IMG/VR virus record: IMGVR_UViG_3300005066_000001
DNA from: a virus
Length of the DNA stretch: 64,000 bases
Direction: 5' to 3' (one strand)
The notes below the pieces were generated by a model. It ran no database searches. It worked only from the letters and a program-made list of their open reading frames with translations, and was not told the origin of the DNA. Shown here in pieces: positions 18,401 through 27,409 of this stretch. The number at the start of each line of letters is the position of its first letter. Position 1 is the stretch's first letter. Position numbers and translations under genes: made by a program.

Positions 18401-18643
18401 TTACTCCTTTTCATAGGTAGCTAAATCACTACCTAGTTGCTGATACAACTCCATAAGATTCTCTTGAACATTCTCAAGTAGTTTGTAATGTTTCTTGACA
18501 GCAGGAAGAACGTCATCTAAATCTAAACCGCCATCTTCATTTGGAATAAATACACTTCCTAATGTTTCAGAAACCATATTAATAAGAACTGAAGTCCTAT
18601 CAAGAGCTTGGAAAATATCAAATTCTGTCGACTCATTTTTCAT
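18401..18643 (-). CDS. hypothetical protein
   Basis: 80-aa acidic ORF. Confidence 0.35.
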   Translation of the reverse strand: MKNESTEFDIFQALDRTSVLINMVSETLGSVFIPNEDGGLDLDDVLPAVKKHYKLLENVQENLMELYQQLGSDLATYEKE

Positions 18644-18817
18644 TTCCTATTCTCCTTCAACATTAAAAACCATTATCTTTCAAAAGTGAGAGTGCAACAG
18701 CGTAGCTTGTATAATCCGCAGGAGGAACATTCTTGTTATTTTTATGCTTCTCTTTCCAGTTCCTCATGTTTTCTACAATAGCAATCGCTTTAGTAATTGT
18801 CAAGTGTTTTCCATATT

Positions 18818-19057
18818 TCATTTATATTCCCCTATAAAATGATTAACAATCAATTCTTTGTTATCAAGATAATAATGAACATAGTCATAAAATCCATCAC
18901 AATAATCTTTTCCGTCATAGTAATATGAAGGTTCACTCTCTGTACGAAGTATTTGACGAAATCTTTCAGAAGGGTCTTCTCCTGCTTCTAAAGATTTTTC
19001 CAGTAAGCTTTCGGCATATTTTACTCCTTGGATATAATTACCTTTGCTGCGATTCAT
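18818..19057 (-). CDS. hypothetical protein
   Basis: 79-aa Tyr/Asp-rich ORF. Confidence 0.35.
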   Translation of the reverse strand: MNRSKGNYIQGVKYAESLLEKSLEAGEDPSERFRQILRTESEPSYYYDGKDYCDGFYDYVHYYLDNKELIVNHFIGEYK

Positions 19058-19521
19058 TTTATTTCCTCATCAAATACTCTAAAACTTGAATGTAGGTACA
19101 CATTATCAGGGATCTTATGTGTTGTCAACATTTCATACAGCTCTTTTGAAGAATATCCGTTAAGGTTTTTGCTATCAGCTTTGTACACCACAAAGAATTT
19201 AAGATGTTTATTTTGTTCAGCACACTCATAAAACTCTTTGATATTTTCAATCAAATCTTCTTTACTGATACTACGATAGCCTACTTTATGGTGCGTTTTA
19301 GTAGTGCCATTTGCAAGTTTCTCAACAAAACATTCTTTAAGGTTCTTTGTCACAAGAGCATAAGTTTGTCCTTGTAATCCACGGCCAATGCCATACTTAG
19401 CACCAAACTTCAATGCTGCCTTTGCTGCACCAGCTCCATGCCTTCCTTCAGGATTAGAACCGAAGACAAAAACATAGTTTGGTTCAAGTTGAGTTATTTG
19501 TTCTCCTGTCCAACACCTCAC
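19054..19521 (-). CDS. hypothetical protein with Gly-rich Rossmann-like motif (SLOG/DprA-like?)
   Basis: 155 aa with YVFVFGSNPEGRHGAGAAKAALKFGAKYG...TYALVTKN. Resembles nucleotide-binding loops of SLOG/LOG/DprA-type Rossmann folds; family not resolved. Confidence 0.3.
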   Translation of the reverse strand: MRCWTGEQITQLEPNYVFVFGSNPEGRHGAGAAKAALKFGAKYGIGRGLQGQTYALVTKNLKECFVEKLANGTTKTHHKVGYRSISKEDLIENIKEFYECAEQNKHLKFFVVYKADSKNLNGYSSKELYEMLTTHKIPDNVYLHSSFRVFDEEIK

Positions 19522-19946
19522 GATTTTTCCTTCATTTTATAAAGCATTTCCATTGTCTCTTTATTATAACTCAGACAATAACCATCAATTTGTTCACTAC
19601 CACAAGCACCTTCTCCACCTTCACAAACTAAGTAAATACTAAGAACTTCGTACTCATTACTTAGTGGATTTTCATAGAAGTTACCATTTTTGTACTCATA
19701 ATGCAAGTATTCATGAACTTGTTTTAGAATCCCTTTCTCACAGATTGGGCAAATAGTTCCTTCTGTATCTTCACAAATAGAAGGGCGTTCTAACCCAATT
19801 TCATCAGCATGAAGCCTAGCTCTGATTGTTTTTACACCTAAGTCCTTGTTTTTGTGCATGTACCTTGAACTATTGCAAATAACTTCGTGTCCTGAAGGAA
19901 GATGTTTTACTCTTACACAATTTTTAGAATAACATGATATTGACAT
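19518..19946 (-). CDS. hypothetical Cys-rich (zinc-binding) protein
   Basis: 142 aa with several CxxC/HxxC pairs (CPICEKG, CEGGEGAC). Confidence 0.35.
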   Translation of the reverse strand: MSISCYSKNCVRVKHLPSGHEVICNSSRYMHKNKDLGVKTIRARLHADEIGLERPSICEDTEGTICPICEKGILKQVHEYLHYEYKNGNFYENPLSNEYEVLSIYLVCEGGEGACGSEQIDGYCLSYNKETMEMLYKMKEKS

Positions 19947-19949
19947 AAT

Positions 19950-21260
19950 TCATACCTCTATCCTACAATTAAAATCACTACCAACTACACTCTTATAAGA
20001 TGCTTTCATTACTGACAACACCTCGCCAACATGACTTTGTGGAACAATTACACTATCATGTACAGTCAAAATAGGGATCTCCCTTTGAACACAATATTCA
20101 ATCACCATACTAATAATATCAGAGTCTAGTCTTTGCAAGTCAATACCAGCATCACTATGGAAGTATTTACTAATCATTTCATTGTGATCACTAAGAAACT
20201 CAATTGCATTGTATGGGTCTACGTCAACCAATCCTGCAAAATCTTGTTCATCTTCTGGCTTCTGTCTATCTTCTAGTAACAGTTGTTGCATTTTACCAGC
20301 AACCTGTCCACTTGACCTACCGTTAATCATCACCAACAGTGTTTTCTTCAGGAAGTTACGAACAGGATTATACTTACGATCTGTTTCCCTACGTTTCAGC
20401 ACAATATCTGGAACTACTTGGAAAGTATATGCCGCACCTTCTCCGCCATAAACATCAAAGTTTTCATCGAGTACGATACCTTCTTTCTCATAAAGAATAG
20501 AAGGGTGGAGTGCTTTGAAATCCATCTCTATCGTAAATTCACCATCAATTAATACGTACTCTCTATCTTGTTTACTTAACTGTTGAATACCACGACCGCT
20601 ACTATAGTACCTCCCACCTTTATCGAAGGAACTGCGGGAGAAAGAGCGATGTACTTGTGTATTCAACCTCTTACCTTGAAAAGTCACTTCTACACCTTCC
20701 ATAAAGGCATTATAAGAGTTAATCAAATCAATCATGCTACGAATCTCCTTTGTTCTGCGAAAAGGTAAGTTTTCACCCTTGACATCTCTTAATACTACTA
20801 CGTTTTCTAATAATTTAAACTTTAGTTTAGACTTGTCCACATTCTCTTCAATCAATTCGATAAGTGCTGGTTTGAATGTGATATGCCCAGTTTTCTTATG
20901 TTTATCGGATATGTAAAATCCCTTACTTGATTCTATGAAATTATATTTTTCAAGAAAATCTAATGTTTTAGTTATAGATTCGTAACCAATACGAAAATTC
21001 ATAACTTTACCATTAAATATCACATCTGTCTTATAAAAATTGTAATCCCTAGAAACATATAAACCAACACAACCATAATTGTATGCACGAACAATATTGT
21101 ACAACACACAATAAAAACCATCAGTTATTTGACTGAAAGACTTAACGTTATATTCTTTTATATATAAATCTCTAAGTTTATCTTTTATATTATTTAAATA
21201 TTTAGGTTTATAATTACTCCTAAATAAATAATCTCGATACTCTCTCTCAACCATACACAC
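19950..21260 (-). CDS. hypothetical 436-aa protein with polymerase-like motifs
   Basis: Ordered motifs SSGRGIQQLS (compare T7 RNAP motif A SCSGIQH), RNFLKKTLLVMINGRS (compare the RxxxK...YG motif B of PolA/ssRNAP) and TVHDSVIV (compare RNAP motif C HDS). The assignment is speculative. Confidence 0.25.
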   Translation of the reverse strand: MCMVEREYRDYLFRSNYKPKYLNNIKDKLRDLYIKEYNVKSFSQITDGFYCVLYNIVRAYNYGCVGLYVSRDYNFYKTDVIFNGKVMNFRIGYESITKTLDFLEKYNFIESSKGFYISDKHKKTGHITFKPALIELIEENVDKSKLKFKLLENVVVLRDVKGENLPFRRTKEIRSMIDLINSYNAFMEGVEVTFQGKRLNTQVHRSFSRSSFDKGGRYYSSGRGIQQLSKQDREYVLIDGEFTIEMDFKALHPSILYEKEGIVLDENFDVYGGEGAAYTFQVVPDIVLKRRETDRKYNPVRNFLKKTLLVMINGRSSGQVAGKMQQLLLEDRQKPEDEQDFAGLVDVDPYNAIEFLSDHNEMISKYFHSDAGIDLQRLDSDIISMVIEYCVQREIPILTVHDSVIVPQSHVGEVLSVMKASYKSVVGSDFNCRIEV

Positions 21261-21368
21261 TCCAATTAACCAACTAACTACTAACCATAACCATTATCAT
21301 CCACTCTTGAAATTTTTATCTGTCTGGAAGCCTTGGTACACAAGGGCTAGAGCGTAATAACCATAGTT

Positions 21369-21635
21369 TCAACTTTTGTGTTTGTACTCCCAAATTTTAT
21401 AGTTAACCCACAAGTTCATCCAAGACTGAGCACTACGGCCAAGACCTTTTTCAAGCTTGAATGCCATCTCAATAGTCAAGTCAGATTTGTTGTTGATAAG
21501 ACGACTAATCGTAGCCTGAGTTACACCACAAGCATCTGCAATTTGTTGCATAGTCATTTTACCACCTTCTTCCGACATATAGACCTCACGAATAAATTCA
21601 CCAAGGCTCATGTCATTTTCTTTGTACATTTCCAT
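21369..21635 (-). CDS. HTH-XRE family regulator, HigA-like
   Basis: 88 aa; helix-turn-helix QQIADACGVTQATISRLINNK and a HigA-like C-terminal SAQSWMNLWVNYKIWEY. Confidence 0.55.
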   Translation of the reverse strand: MEMYKENDMSLGEFIREVYMSEEGGKMTMQQIADACGVTQATISRLINNKSDLTIEMAFKLEKGLGRSAQSWMNLWVNYKIWEYKHKS

Positions 21636-21918
21636 TTTAGTCTCCTATTTACTATGTTACGTATTAAGTATATAATGTAATAAATAAAAAGTCAATAGAT
21701 TTTATTTAAATATCTCAAATAACCTATCAAACCTTAAAACATTCATAGAAAGCTCTATAATCAATTCTCGGTAGTTCAGGCTACCAACATACTCCTATTC
21801 TCAAACTATCCAGTAGGGAGCTTCTGGTAGCCTTTAAAATTGATATTCAGAGTCTGATAATGTTTAATCTCAGTTAACACCCCAATTCAGGTTGAGATTT
21901 GGTCGTATCAATACTATG

Positions 21919-22128
21919 TTACAATTGAAGTCTCTCCAACTCGGCTTGGATAACTTTATGGGCAGCAAGGTAATCTTCAAATATCTGATTCAAGTTTTCA
22001 TACTTTTCTTTCAGTTCTTCTAGTTCCTGTTTTTCTTGCAAGTACATTTTTGCAAGTTTATATGAAGTTTGTACAACAGATAGGTTCATTGCTTCTTCGT
22101 GTAGTTCAAAATTGTTGAGGTTATTCAT
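21919..22128 (-). CDS. hypothetical coiled-coil protein
   Basis: 69-aa ORF with heptad-like Leu/Glu repeats. Confidence 0.35.
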   Translation of the reverse strand: MNNLNNFELHEEAMNLSVVQTSYKLAKMYLQEKQELEELKEKYENLNQIFEDYLAAHKVIQAELERLQL

Positions 22129-22385
22129 TTGTTTTCTCCTAAATATTTAAACAATGGGTCGTTCATACATGACTCTAACATGGTAGTTGCCTCATGTAAA
22201 GCGTCTTTAAACAGGAAAGATTTTCCTGATTTCATTACTAATTGCCCAGCATAGACAGTCCAAGTAACATCTTCAAGATAACTGTATCTGGTAACTTTTG
22301 CACCCCATCTTGTTTCTGTTGATAATGTTGCAAGTTTAGTAATTTTGCTACTCTTTTCAAATTTTGTTTTAATTTGAAGTTTCAC
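22125..22385 (-). CDS. hypothetical protein
   Basis: 86-aa ORF overlapping its neighbours by 4 nt. Confidence 0.35.
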   Translation of the reverse strand: MKLQIKTKFEKSSKITKLATLSTETRWGAKVTRYSYLEDVTWTVYAGQLVMKSGKSFLFKDALHEATTMLESCMNDPLFKYLGENK

Positions 22386-22609
22386 AGTTTATACTCCTTT
22401 GTTTCATATGTAAAAAGTTCTCGTGCAATACCGTATTGATAGAGGTTCTGGTAAACACTAAACGCAGCATCTGCTGCAAATTTGAACTCTCTACCACTAG
22501 CCATCAGGATATTGGAGAGGTTTTTGTAGTGCTTGATTGCCATTTTTAGTTCTCTGTCTGAGAATACAAATCCTTGCGAATAACATTCATAAATATCTTT
22601 AGTTTCCAT
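22382..22609 (-). CDS. hypothetical protein
   Basis: 75-aa ORF. Confidence 0.35.
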   Translation of the reverse strand: METKDIYECYSQGFVFSDRELKMAIKHYKNLSNILMASGREFKFAADAAFSVYQNLYQYGIARELFTYETKEYKL

Positions 22610-23166
22610 TACGTTTCTCCTCTATTAGTTGTGTAACTATCTAAGCTTGTTTAAACAGCTCCTATGGCACTTTAAATCAATTCTGTTAGCTTGTCAATAC
22701 CATCGTAGCACTAATGCTATAAAATTGCTTAGAAACGATTCTATGAGCCTTTGTGTATTGTAAGATAGATTGTCATGTGTGTCAAGAAAAATTTTAGATA
22801 AAAGAAAAGGGCCAACACCCGAAGATGTGGCCCAGTATGATTAAAGAGAGGAGATTATGAGAGAAAATAGAAATAGATTGTATATCATGTAGGTCTCACT
22901 CGTCGCTGCGTAAATATTGGCAACCACCGCAACGGAGTCCCTGTTGCCTGCGCTACATAATACATTGAGACATTAATGTCTCGGCATCTTTGATGCTACC
23001 TAATATAAAATCAAACCACATTGCGTGGACAAAGAGCAAGGAGAGGATAGGGTGGATGTACAACTAGAGAAGGAGGACTCATGATCATTGTACATCACTT
23101 GCGGCTCTGTGAGCCTAAACTTATTTTATAATCTATAAATAATATTAACATTTAAAATTAAACTTG

Positions 23167-23511
23167 TCAAGAATTATTTTTAGGATAAATAGTAATGCGA
23201 TGTACCAATCCCACTTTTTCTAAATCATTAATAGCATACTTGACAGCGATATCATTGAACGAATATTCCCAGAAACTCAAGGGAAGACCACTAACAGTTG
23301 TTGCTAATGTTTCAGAAAAAGTGGTTGCTTCATCTTCATTTGTGAAAACAGTATCCGTTTTTTCAATCAAAACACTGTTACATATCTTGGAGTATACGAC
23401 ATGAAGGTTTGTTGGGACAGCCTTGAAATATTCTACTTCTTCGTGAGATAAAAGAACAGCTTCCTTGCTGAGGTTTTCCTTACCAGACGGTTTGTTGTTT
23501 TGTTGTTCCAT
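23167..23511 (-). CDS. hypothetical protein
   Basis: 114-aa ORF downstream of a long non-coding leader. Confidence 0.35.
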   Translation of the reverse strand: MEQQNNKPSGKENLSKEAVLLSHEEVEYFKAVPTNLHVVYSKICNSVLIEKTDTVFTNEDEATTFSETLATTVSGLPLSFWEYSFNDIAVKYAINDLEKVGLVHRITIYPKNNS

Positions 23512-23919
23512 AATTAATAGTTCTTGTTAATAAATTAGTATATGATTTAACTTTATCATAAAATTTTTAATTATTCAAGAACTTTATTGTACAAGTATTT
23601 TATTATAATGGTAAATCTAACAATCCGTTATACAATTCTAATCTAGCACTTATGTTTTGCGCTGCCTCTAATGATTCTATTTCTAACAGTATTTCCTTAT
23701 TTGGCTCTATAATCCAACCTGATCCATATGAGTTCCCAACAGATCCTTTTGATTGGTTAGACTATTAATGCTTGCATCCATGCCCTAAAGAGCATGGTTT
23801 TACGCACTAACTGATAAAACCCCATTCTGCCACAAGAGCAAAATAGGGTTAATAGTTACTTGACAAACTTATATTAACATATTTTTATAAAATTTTCAAT
23901 GTGTTAACAAACTATGTTT

Positions 23920-24102
23920 TTACAGAATAAGATTTTTAAATTTAATCTTCTGTTGTCCTTTATCTTTATACCACACTTCAAGAGACAATATAGCTTTATC
24001 TTGTTTGATATTTAGATCATGAACAACAATCTTATCAGCCTTGTAACAGAAACAAGAGAGTGAGTGTTCAAGTAGCTGCTCAAGGTTCCTACTTGTTTTC
24101 AT
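23920..24102 (-). CDS. hypothetical protein
   Basis: 60-aa ORF adjacent to the next ORF. Confidence 0.3.
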   Translation of the reverse strand: MKTSRNLEQLLEHSLSCFCYKADKIVVHDLNIKQDKAILSLEVWYKDKGQQKIKFKNLIL

Positions 24103-24347
24103 TACTTATTGTACTCCAAAATAAACATAGAACCAATATGCTCATCTTTCATCAATTCAATCACATCTTCTTTTGCCGAGGTTGTTGGATCTGAGAGCAT
24201 ATCGTAAACAAGATTTGTAAGATCTTCATCGTAGAGATTGACAACATCGTCAAAAATGAGAGTAAAGATCCTACCCCACGCCACAGAAGTATCAAATACC
24301 TCAGTATGGGTGTAATCGTTGATGCGGGATAGTATAATTTTAGACAT
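24102..24347 (-). CDS. hypothetical protein
   Basis: 81-aa acidic ORF. Confidence 0.35.
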   Translation of the reverse strand: MSKIILSRINDYTHTEVFDTSVAWGRIFTLIFDDVVNLYDEDLTNLVYDMLSDPTTSAKEDVIELMKDEHIGSMFILEYNK

Positions 24348-24530
24348 TCTTATCCTCCTTTGTTAAATAAAAATAAAAGCTGCTACAGATTTAATAATGA
24401 AATCAAACAGTTTGAAAGAATAATACCAGAACACAAATGAAAATGCAAGCAACATGACCCATACAATTCGAATTGTTACTGGATTCCATTTAAACTTAGA
24501 TTTAAGATATTGATACACTGTTGTTTCTCC

Positions 24531-24986
24531 TTATTTATCTTGGTTCGTTAGTTGTTTTAAAATACCATTGTTGATTCCATTAGTCAACATCTGTGATAAG
24601 TCTTTCATCATCTTTTCAATTGGATGATCAACAATAATAGTACTCTTGGAAATAGAGTCAAACTTGATTTTATCTTCCTGTAACTCCAACATGAACATTA
24701 GACTCGCAAAATCCTCGGGAAGAATTAGTAGTTGCGTCTCTTTCTTGTTTTCTGGAATCCAAGCTGGATAATCAGCATACGTAAACTGTTTGTATTGGTC
24801 ATCTTTATACCAACTACTAAAGTCATGGCCTTCTGGATATCCTCCGTAATCATTCCATTCATATCCAAAGTTATCCTCATCTGATTTGAGAATAAATCCG
24901 TTAAGTTTCAACAGGTTGCGAAAGCTATCGTTAATTTTATTATCCCAGACACCCTTGAGTGATACCTTATAGATTATTACATTCAC
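24531..24986 (-). CDS. hypothetical protein
   Basis: 151-aa ORF; first gene of the leftward (minus-strand) block at the divergent region. Confidence 0.4.
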   Translation of the reverse strand: MNVIIYKVSLKGVWDNKINDSFRNLLKLNGFILKSDEDNFGYEWNDYGGYPEGHDFSSWYKDDQYKQFTYADYPAWIPENKKETQLLILPEDFASLMFMLELQEDKIKFDSISKSTIIVDHPIEKMMKDLSQMLTNGINNGILKQLTNQDK

Positions 24987-25152
24987 TTATGTCTCCTTCT
25001 TTCTAACTAGATGTGAGTATAGTAATACACAACTCTCGTGGTGTCAAGAGAACAATGAAAAACTTTTGAAAGATTTTTCGTATGTTAACTGTTGACATAC
25101 TTTTCTTACGTGATACACTAATAAAACTTAAGACAAACTAAAGGAGAATCTT

Positions 25153-25431
25153 ATGTCAGATAATTTTGATGAAAATTTCGAAGAGTTCAGCGTTAATGAG
25201 GACATGATTTTTACTCGGGATATGCTGCTATCACAGGCAAGCGAGTTGCAAGATGTATATCGTTATATTTATGACTTTCATAGACAACACCCTTGTGAAG
25301 AACTGGCTGTTGTGCTAAGATATGTAGAGCTTGCAAGAATCGGTCTTGAACAAGCTTTTGATGTTTTGGATGACAAACTGTTTGACTCCAGTGAAGGGAA
25401 AGATTATACTTGGATTCCGAGTAAAGATTAA
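25153..25431 (+). CDS. hypothetical protein
   Basis: 92-aa acidic ORF; first gene of the rightward block. RBS AAGGAGAATCTTATG. Confidence 0.45.
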   Translation: MSDNFDENFEEFSVNEDMIFTRDMLLSQASELQDVYRYIYDFHRQHPCEELAVVLRYVELARIGLEQAFDVLDDKLFDSSEGKDYTWIPSKD

Positions 25432-25441
25432 GGAGAAACAA

Positions 25442-25699
25442 ATGGATAAAGCACGAGAAGATTTTGAAAAGTGGTTGCGATCAACAACCGATTTTGATAC
25501 ATATAGGACTAATTATGCTATGACAAAACCCGAAGATCAGCAGTGCATGTGTCACAGGACAAACCTAGCTTGGTTCGCATGGGAAGCTTCACGAGAATCT
25601 ATTGTTGTACAATTGCCTGAACATTGCAAAGGAAATGCTTTGACAGTTTCAGAACTTAAAGAACAGCTTGATAAAGAAGGAATTAAATATGACTTTTAA
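25442..25699 (+). CDS. hypothetical protein
   Basis: Start set to the ATG at 25442, after the RBS AGGAGAAACAA, within the longer tracked frame 25331-25699. Confidence 0.4.
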   Translation: MDKAREDFEKWLRSTTDFDTYRTNYAMTKPEDQQCMCHRTNLAWFAWEASRESIVVQLPEHCKGNALTVSELKEQLDKEGIKYDF

Positions 25700-25967
25700 A
25701 GATAAACCAAAACAACTGTTTTCTGCAAAACAACTATTGGAAATTAATAGTGCCGCTACTAATTTGGCAAATACCTCAATATTTGAGGCAGGGATCTTGT
25801 CTCTCGGTGGAGATCGTTGGGTAGGGCAGGAAGAAGGTGCATTATTGCCTCACATGAAACAACTTCTAAAAGCACTACCTTTAAAATTAATTTTTGAAGT
25901 TATGTCAGAACAAGAAAAGGAGAAAATTAGTGGAAAAGAAAGTAACTCAGAAAAAGACAGCAACTAA
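25668..25967 (+). CDS. hypothetical protein
   Basis: 99-aa ORF; RBS GAAGGAATTAAATATG. Confidence 0.4.
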   Translation: MIKKELNMTFKDKPKQLFSAKQLLEINSAATNLANTSIFEAGILSLGGDRWVGQEEGALLPHMKQLLKALPLKLIFEVMSEQEKEKISGKESNSEKDSN

Positions 25968-26256
25968 AAGTACAACATCAAAATCTGCACAACCTAAGCC
26001 TAAGTTTGACACAACAGCTTTTGTTTTCAGTTATCCAATTGAAGATATTAAAGCATGGCTAGATGCATTTGATTCTTCCTGTGAAGATAAGGAAGTGGAC
26101 TGGCCTTCACAGGACGAGTGTTCAGTGTATTGCCAATTGAAAAAGGATTATTTGACAGCACTTTCCGAAGGTGATAAGGTTATGCTGTTGAATGCTATTG
26201 AGAGTCGTGTCACAGGACTTTATGAAGGAAAGAAGAAAGGAGGTAAGAAAACGTGA
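25930..26256 (+). CDS. hypothetical Lys-rich protein
   Basis: GTG start at 25930 preceded by AAGGAGAAAATTA; in frame with the tracked ORF 25894-26256. Confidence 0.35.
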   Translation: MEKKVTQKKTATKSTTSKSAQPKPKFDTTAFVFSYPIEDIKAWLDAFDSSCEDKEVDWPSQDECSVYCQLKKDYLTALSEGDKVMLLNAIESRVTGLYEGKKKGGKKT

Positions 26257-26810
26257 TTAAATTTGGACAAAAACTAAAAAGCACAGACAATAGGAAATAT
26301 TTCGTAACATCAGATTTACATTTCTATCACAAACGTATCATGGATTTTTGTTCTGAAACTCGTCCATGGAAATCACTAGAAGAGATGCATGAATCTTTGA
26401 TTTCACACTGGAATAGTAAAGTATCTCAGGACGATATTGTCTTCCATCTTGGGGACTTTAGTTTCGTTGCAAAAGAAAAGACACAAGAGATTCTTTCTAA
26501 ACTCAATGGTGATGTTGTTTGGATTGCAGGAAATCATGACTATCGTGTTTTTAATCAGATGAATATAGAGTATCACCATTATTTCGAAGTAAGTTTTGAT
26601 AATATAAAAATATGTATGAGTCACTATCCTATAGTTAGATGGAATAGACAAAATTACGGAGCGATCCATGCCCACGGCCATGTTCATGGGAGTTATCAAG
26701 TTGAAGGCAGAGGTTGGGATGTTGGTTGGGACAACAACGGAAAGATATTATCATTGCCTGAACTTATTGATATAGCAAACAGAAAAGATATTATCGATAG
26801 ACACAAATAA
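26253..26810 (+). CDS. calcineurin-like metallophosphoesterase (candidate 3'-phosphatase of the RNA-repair module)
   Basis: Motifs DLHFYH, GDFSF, GNHDY and HGHVH are canonical metallophosphatase motifs. Overlaps the upstream gene at GTGA. Confidence 0.65.
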   Translation: MIKFGQKLKSTDNRKYFVTSDLHFYHKRIMDFCSETRPWKSLEEMHESLISHWNSKVSQDDIVFHLGDFSFVAKEKTQEILSKLNGDVVWIAGNHDYRVFNQMNIEYHHYFEVSFDNIKICMSHYPIVRWNRQNYGAIHAHGHVHGSYQVEGRGWDVGWDNNGKILSLPELIDIANRKDIIDRHK

Positions 26811-26819
26811 AGAGGGATT

Positions 26820-27407
26820 ATGATTTACGGAGTAGGGATAAATGATTACGAATATCCTGTTAAAATAAAAGGAAAACATATACCTGAATATTTAGTATGG
26901 AGAAGTATGATCTCCAGATGCTATAATACAAACTATCACAAAAGTAAAAACTATGAAAATCACACGGTGTGCGAAGAATGGTTAAGTTTTTCAAATTTTA
27001 AAAAGTGGATGGACACTAAAGATTGGGTAGGAAAACAGTTAGATAAAGATTTATTAATAGAAAATAATCTAATATATGGACCAGATACTTGCGTTTTTAT
27101 AAGCAGTGCACTTAATAAGTTTATTACAACAAAGCATAATTATCGGGGAGAATGCCCATTGGGCGTAACAAGGCAAAATGATGGTAATAATTTTGTAGCA
27201 ACAGTATCGGTTAATAGTAATAATGTATATCTTGGTAGTTTTAGAACCATGTACGAAGCACACTGTGCATGGAGAAATGAGAAAATGAAATTATTAAACG
27301 AATATATCAAAAACGAAAAGGATCCTGATGTGGTCAGAGGGTTAAATAGGGTGTATGAAAAACTCAAAATAGAAAAATTGAACAATCAAGAAACAAAGAG
27401 GTTATAA
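26820..27407 (+). CDS. AP2-domain homing-endonuclease-like protein lacking HNH catalytic residues (paralog 1 of 3)
   Basis: Shares YxxWxxMxxRCYN...VCEEWLSFSNFKKW...LDKDL and a C-terminal AP2-like YLGSF...EAHCAW with ORFs 39653-40216 and 41071-41763, and with the HNH-AP2 protein at 55933-56919. Confidence 0.5.
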   Translation: MIYGVGINDYEYPVKIKGKHIPEYLVWRSMISRCYNTNYHKSKNYENHTVCEEWLSFSNFKKWMDTKDWVGKQLDKDLLIENNLIYGPDTCVFISSALNKFITTKHNYRGECPLGVTRQNDGNNFVATVSVNSNNVYLGSFRTMYEAHCAWRNEKMKLLNEYIKNEKDPDVVRGLNRVYEKLKIEKLNNQETKRL

Positions 27408-27409
27408 CT

